Origin: an uncultured Syntrophomonas sp.
GTDB taxonomy: Bacteria; Bacillota; Syntrophomonadia; Syntrophomonadales; Syntrophomonadaceae
Assembly (NCBI GenBank): GCA_964574965.1
Contig: CAZNPR010000001.1
Coordinates: 5,656 to 69,655 of the forward strand
Length of the DNA stretch: 64,000 nt
Direction: 5' to 3'
A program made the position numbers and the translations under genes. Below the pieces are notes generated by a model. The model was not told the origin of the DNA. It did no database searches and saw only the letters and a program-made list of their open reading frames with translations. This document shows, in pieces, positions 59,770-64,000 of the stretch. The stretch's first letter is position 1; each line of letters begins with the position of its first letter.

Positions 59770-60630
59770 TTAGCCCAAGGGCTCCAAAATATGTTGTAGC
59801 AGCCAGGCTCTGATCACACCCAGGACTTGTTCTTTTTCTGCAGGGGTTTCGTTCATGGTTTCATGATAAAGGTTATCGAAAATATATATTTTCTTATCAC
59901 GGGAGGCAGCTTTTTGCATAACTTCCTCACTGCCCCGGTAATCAACGATGCCGTCTGCTTTACCATGAATGATCAAAAGGGGCAGCACAATTTCTCCTGA
60001 CCTTTCCAGACATTCCTGCCCGGCGGCGATAAACTCTGTATACCATCTGGCTGATACCAGATCATGTACCAGTGGGTCATCAATATATGCCTTTACTACC
60101 TTTTGATCGTGGGATAAAAGTCTGCTGTCCAATCCGGTAGACATGGACAAAGAAGGCAGCACCCGGGATAGGATCAATGCCACTTTAGCTTTCAGGGGCG
60201 GAACTTCCACTTTATTTTTTAATCCAGCCGATGACAAGATCAAACCCGCAAAATCCTGTCCATATTTAAGCACATACTTGAAGGCGATTACGCCCCCCAG
60301 GCTATGCCCCATTATGATCATGGGTATACCCGGATGATCCTTTTTGGCTGATTGGACCAGGAGATCAAAATCATCGATATATTCATCAAAAGACATAACA
60401 TGCCCTTTTTTCCCCGCTGACCTTCCATGGCCGCGATGGTCAAGGGCATATACCGAGAGATCGGTATCATGAATGGTTTGGAGTAAATTCCCATATCGGC
60501 TGCTGTGTTCTCCAACCCCGTGGCAAAGAACGATCACACCTCTGGGTTGTGGCTTTTGCCATGTCTGAAAAAATAATTTCACTCCGTCGGTGCTTGTCAT
60601 TTCTCCCGTGTGATGAATGTAATCTGTCAT
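59770..60630 (-). CDS. Alpha/beta hydrolase (lysophospholipase / monoacylglycerol lipase-like)
   Basis: HGVGEHSSRY and GHSLGG nucleophile elbow, 286 aa. Confidence 0.82.
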   Translation of the reverse strand: MTDYIHHTGEMTSTDGVKLFFQTWQKPQPRGVIVLCHGVGEHSSRYGNLLQTIHDTDLSVYALDHRGHGRSAGKKGHVMSFDEYIDDFDLLVQSAKKDHPGIPMIIMGHSLGGVIAFKYVLKYGQDFAGLILSSAGLKNKVEVPPLKAKVALILSRVLPSLSMSTGLDSRLLSHDQKVVKAYIDDPLVHDLVSARWYTEFIAAGQECLERSGEIVLPLLIIHGKADGIVDYRGSEEVMQKAASRDKKIYIFDNLYHETMNETPAEKEQVLGVIRAWLLQHILEPLG

Positions 60631-60647
60631 ACTTTTGCCTTCCTCCT

Positions 60648-61496
60648 TTACTGCCTTTCTTCTGCGCTATCTGGTTGATTCGTTATAAGCCCCTGAATAA
60701 AGGAATTGATCAGATTAATTTTGCCAAAATCGCCTTCGGTTGGTTCATATAAAACGGTTTCTTTCCCCAATAACCTCTCCCGGATCTCTTCCGGTTCAAT
60801 ACCCTCTTCATATAATTTTATTACTTTCTCCCCCAACTCTTCCCAGTAAGCAATTTTTCGTTCAAGAGCCGCTTTGGCATTTGAAACCACTGTTCCAGAA
60901 CTGCAGTACAGGGTGGAAAATTCGTACTGTAATAGCTTATGCAAGGAGGCTAACATGTCTGTTACATTCTCATCACTTCTTAATGTCGGCACTTTTTCAC
61001 GCACAAAAACATCTCCGGCAAAAAGCCATCCCTGCTGTGGTTCAAGTAAGCAAATATGATCAGGGCTATGTCCGGGTGTATGGATGATCTGAAAGGCATA
61101 TCGCTTGGTTTTAATTACTGCTTCCAGTGGAAGGACTATAGATGGAGGCGGGTCTCCCCAGGCAAAATGTTGGTACGACCTCAGTCGTCCGGTCCAGAGA
61201 CCCGGGGTTTCGATCAGCGGTACAGCCAGAGGGTGAGCAAAAATGTTTTGGACCCCTCGTTTTTGCTGGAAAACCATATTGTTGCCAATATGATCTTCAT
61301 GGTGATGGGTGTTAACGATCAGCTCAACCGGGAAATCTGCAAAAGCAGCTTCGATCTCATCGGCAACATGGACCGGCCCGGTATCGATCAGCAGTCCGTC
61401 AATATAATAACTGGCCATGGTATAAACCGGCCGTCCATCAATCAGCCTGCCCATAATGAACTGGGTTACGTCTCCGTATCGCTGGGCATTAATCAT
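60648..61496 (-). CDS. MBL-fold metallo-hydrolase
   Basis: THHHEDHIG metal motif. ATG at 61494-61496 lies 8 nt after GGGAGGG. The track extends to 61538. Confidence 0.82.
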   Translation of the reverse strand: MINAQRYGDVTQFIMGRLIDGRPVYTMASYYIDGLLIDTGPVHVADEIEAAFADFPVELIVNTHHHEDHIGNNMVFQQKRGVQNIFAHPLAVPLIETPGLWTGRLRSYQHFAWGDPPPSIVLPLEAVIKTKRYAFQIIHTPGHSPDHICLLEPQQGWLFAGDVFVREKVPTLRSDENVTDMLASLHKLLQYEFSTLYCSSGTVVSNAKAALERKIAYWEELGEKVIKLYEEGIEPEEIRERLLGKETVLYEPTEGDFGKINLINSFIQGLITNQPDSAEERQ

Positions 61497-61612
61497 GGCT
61501 GACACCCTCCCTTTTATAATCATCATATTACAATTCATTATTATTATCTACTTGTCAGCATTTATTGTTATGATTGGTAAATAACCTATTTCATTTTAAG
61601 GAGAGTGTTTTT

Positions 61613-62098
61613 ATGGAAGCGCGTACAATAAGCGAGACAGCAACATCCTTAAGTCAAATTATTCTGCCTTCACAGACAAATCCGGCCGGGACCGCCCATG
61701 GCGGGGAATTGTTAAAAATGATGGATAATTGTGCCGGGGCTTGTGCCACCAAACATTCACGGGCTATCGTAGTGACAGCAGCAATCGATGGTATAAATTT
61801 TCATGCCCCGGTTTTTATGGGTAATTTGGCTACCTGTAATGCGCACCTGACCTATGTATCCAATTCATCGATGGAAATCGCCGTAAATATAGATGCCGAA
61901 GACTTACTCCAGGGAACGCGTCAATGCTGTATCACTGCATATTTCACTTTCGTGGCTCTGGGAGAAAACATGACGCCGGTCAAAGTACCGCGCCTTATAC
62001 TGGAAAACACTATGGAAGAAGAAGAGTTTGAGGCTGGCCGGCTCAGAAGCAAAGCCAGAAGAGAGAATCCCAAGGTATGCTGGCTGTCGCTTTATTAG
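61613..62098 (+). CDS. Acyl-CoA thioesterase (hotdog fold, YciA/BFIT-like)
   Basis: LPSQTNPAGTAHGGELLKMMD motif. ATG lies 9 nt after AAGGAG. The track start is at 61574. Confidence 0.82.
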   Translation: MEARTISETATSLSQIILPSQTNPAGTAHGGELLKMMDNCAGACATKHSRAIVVTAAIDGINFHAPVFMGNLATCNAHLTYVSNSSMEIAVNIDAEDLLQGTRQCCITAYFTFVALGENMTPVKVPRLILENTMEEEEFEAGRLRSKARRENPKVCWLSLY

Positions 62099-62162
62099 TA
62101 AATTTTCTGGAAACATCAAAAGGTGAATCTGGATGACCAGAGATATCCGTACAGCAACAGAC

Positions 62163-62190
62163 AAACCGTCATAAATCAATATGACGGTTT
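62163..62190. terminator. Hairpin between the convergent thioesterase and folD genes
   Basis: AAACCGTCAT-AAATCAAT-ATGACGGTTT. Only short T tracts on either strand. Confidence 0.5.
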
Positions 62191-62224
62191 GATTAAGCTT
62201 TGTATTGCGTTCTATAAATGAGCT

Positions 62225-63049
62225 TTATTTTTGCTTTAACATACAGATCTGTCTTAAGTTATCAAAAAGTTCCGCTACTGTAATGACCCCTACCCCTCCG
62301 GGAACCGCACTGGCAATGGCAGCTTTTTCCTTGGCCGCTTCGTCAACGTCTCCAAACATTTTACCGTTTTCATCAAAATTGATGCCAGCGTCGATGATAA
62401 TTGCATCTTCTCTCACCATATCCGCTGTGATATAATTTCGTCTGCCCAGGGCGGCCACTAAAATATCCGCATTTAAAGTTTCCTTTTTAAGGTCTTTAGT
62501 ACGGGTATGGCACAATGTTACCGTAGCGTTCTCCGTGGTCATCATTACAGATAGCGGATTCCCCACGATCGTGCTGCGTCCTACGATCGTTACATTTTTC
62601 CCTTCGATTGCAATGTCATGCTCCTTTAGGATCCTGACGATGGCTTTGGGCGTGGAAGGTTGTATCCCCTGCTGACGGCTGATCAATTTTCCCAAATTAT
62701 AATTATGGACTCCTTCTACGTCCTTCTGGTGGGTGATTTCATTTATCAGGCGGTTATAATCAAGGTGTTCCGGTAAAGGCTTTTGTAGCATGATCCCATC
62801 GATGGCAGGATCTTCATTCAAGTTCCGGATAAATCTTAAAACCTGGCTTTCTTCAGTATCAGCCCCCAAATGCAGTACATCAATTTTGATTCCGGTCTCC
62901 CGGCCAAATTTTACAATCCCGTTCACATAAACCTGTGAAGGCGGATCGTCTCCCACCAGTATGATGGACATACTCATTCTGTTCTCTGCAGCAAACTGCT
63001 GGATTTCCATTTTTAATTTGTCCCTGATCTCACGTCCATAAATTATCAA
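62225..63049 (-). CDS. folD: Bifunctional methylene-THF dehydrogenase / methenyl-THF cyclohydrolase
   Basis: ILVGDDPPSQVYV, GIMLQKPLP, TIVGRSTIVGNPL and PGGVGVITVA motifs. Confidence 0.9.
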   Translation of the reverse strand: MIIYGREIRDKLKMEIQQFAAENRMSMSIILVGDDPPSQVYVNGIVKFGRETGIKIDVLHLGADTEESQVLRFIRNLNEDPAIDGIMLQKPLPEHLDYNRLINEITHQKDVEGVHNYNLGKLISRQQGIQPSTPKAIVRILKEHDIAIEGKNVTIVGRSTIVGNPLSVMMTTENATVTLCHTRTKDLKKETLNADILVAALGRRNYITADMVREDAIIIDAGINFDENGKMFGDVDEAAKEKAAIASAVPGGVGVITVAELFDNLRQICMLKQK

Positions 63050-63945
63050 TGTTTTCCCTCCCAGTTAAGTTGTTTTGCTCTTATTTGCTTTAAAATCTTT
63101 ATATCCTCATCAACGCCTTCCGGCGGTGTTTCCAGGATAAAAGGAAACTGCGCAAAGAACGGGTGGCTGAGTAAAGCTTTAAATCCCTCTTTGCCAATAA
63201 AACCCTGTCCGATATGACTATGCCGGTCTTTTTTTCCGCCAAATTCTTTCATACTGTCATTGGCATGTATGAGATATATTTTATCTTTTCCGAAAGAATC
63301 CTGCATTTGCTTTATTATGTCTTCGATCCCTTCAGCGGTAGTACAATCATACCCGGCAGCATAAGTATGGCAGGTATCATAGCAAATGCCTATCTTATCA
63401 CTGTGATCTACCTTGTCCAGTATTTGCTTTAGTTCTTCAAAACTGCGGCCAATTTCTGTTCCCTGCCCGGCCATGGTCTCCAATAATATGCGGGTCTGGC
63501 CTTGATACTTTTTTAGTACCAGATTCAATAGGCGGCTGACATTTTCAATCCCTGCCGCCGGATCAGCCGTGGTATAAGAACCGGGATGCAAAACCAGAAA
63601 GTCAGCCTCGATCATCGTGCATCTTGCCAGGTCTTCAGTCACCACCTGCAGGGCATATTCATATACTTCGGATTTGATTGCGGCCGGATTACAAACATAA
63701 GGGATATGCACTACGACAGGGCCAATGCGGTTTTCCTTAAGCGTCTTGATGAAATAAGCCGTTTCTTCTGCCGTCAAATTTCTGGCTCCGCTGCCCCGCG
63801 GGTTTCTCAGAAATATCTGTAAGGTCTCTAAACCTCTGGCTACTGCTTCATCCGCGGTAGCCTTTAATCCTTTGCCAATGGACAAGTGCGCTCCTATCGG
63901 TGTTTTCCTATAGATACTATCCCCTCGTTTCCTTCTAAAAGGCAT
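63046..63945 (-). CDS. nfo: Endonuclease IV family (AP endonuclease 2 / xylose isomerase-like TIM barrel)
   Basis: IGAHLSI, VLHPGS, LETMAGQGTE, CYDTCH, HANDS and ILETP motifs. The start is uncertain because there is no clear SD before the ATG at 63945. Confidence 0.85.
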   Translation of the reverse strand: MPFRRKRGDSIYRKTPIGAHLSIGKGLKATADEAVARGLETLQIFLRNPRGSGARNLTAEETAYFIKTLKENRIGPVVVHIPYVCNPAAIKSEVYEYALQVVTEDLARCTMIEADFLVLHPGSYTTADPAAGIENVSRLLNLVLKKYQGQTRILLETMAGQGTEIGRSFEELKQILDKVDHSDKIGICYDTCHTYAAGYDCTTAEGIEDIIKQMQDSFGKDKIYLIHANDSMKEFGGKKDRHSHIGQGFIGKEGFKALLSHPFFAQFPFILETPPEGVDEDIKILKQIRAKQLNWEGKH

Positions 63946-64000
63946 CTTTTATATGATTGATTTTTTCCTGACCATCCATCATCAATATTGTAATTACATC

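Noticed and set aside
59760-59780. Convergent genes whose stop codons abut with no spacer (Ldh_2 gene and hydrolase, 59769/59770), and similarly yjbQ/aroH, 6 nt apart at 21157/21164.
   Set aside because: This is real but unremarkable in a compact genome. No hairpin or other signal is visible, so termination presumably occurs inside the opposing gene.

Overview
This 64-kb window looks like core chromosome of a low-GC, endospore-forming anaerobic Firmicute of class Clostridia. A Peptococcaceae or Desulfitobacteriaceae-type organism is only a guess from gene content. I call about 75 protein genes, roughly 85% of them on the minus strand, packed tightly with many 1-nt stop/start overlaps.

Gene content:
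- Sporulation genes: spoIIP, YIEGIA with its small partner, spmAB, ytfIJ, bofC.
- Isoprenoid genes: fni and an ispH-S1 fusion.
- Aromatic amino-acid genes: aroF-tyrA-aroA, plus aroH behind a HutP-family gene.
- A liv ABC transporter.
- C1/folate genes: fhs, fchA, folD, folE.
- scpAB, lysA, secDF-yajC, the queuosine genes tgt-queA-queH, and ruvABC.
- A SAM-I riboswitch controlling a truncated metH plus the sulfide-dependent homocysteine genes (DUF39, NIL-ferredoxin, UPF0280).
- comM-glpK.

I found no rRNA, tRNA, CRISPR array, transposase, integrase or obvious defence island, and no clearly novel multi-gene system.

The items most worth a second look are:
1. fni has no canonical start codon and probably initiates at ATT.
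2. The aroF leader carries a duplicated 11-mer and a terminator-like hairpin. This may connect to the HutP-like gene that is co-transcribed with chorismate mutase.
3. An isolated plus-strand gene in an AT-rich gap encodes a very acidic protein with an Hsp20-like tail.
4. A terminator-like hairpin sits inside the predicted fchA-fhs leader.

Several ORF-track starts were moved to internal starts that have good Shine-Dalgarno (SD) spacing. All functional calls come from my own recognition of motifs, not from database searches.
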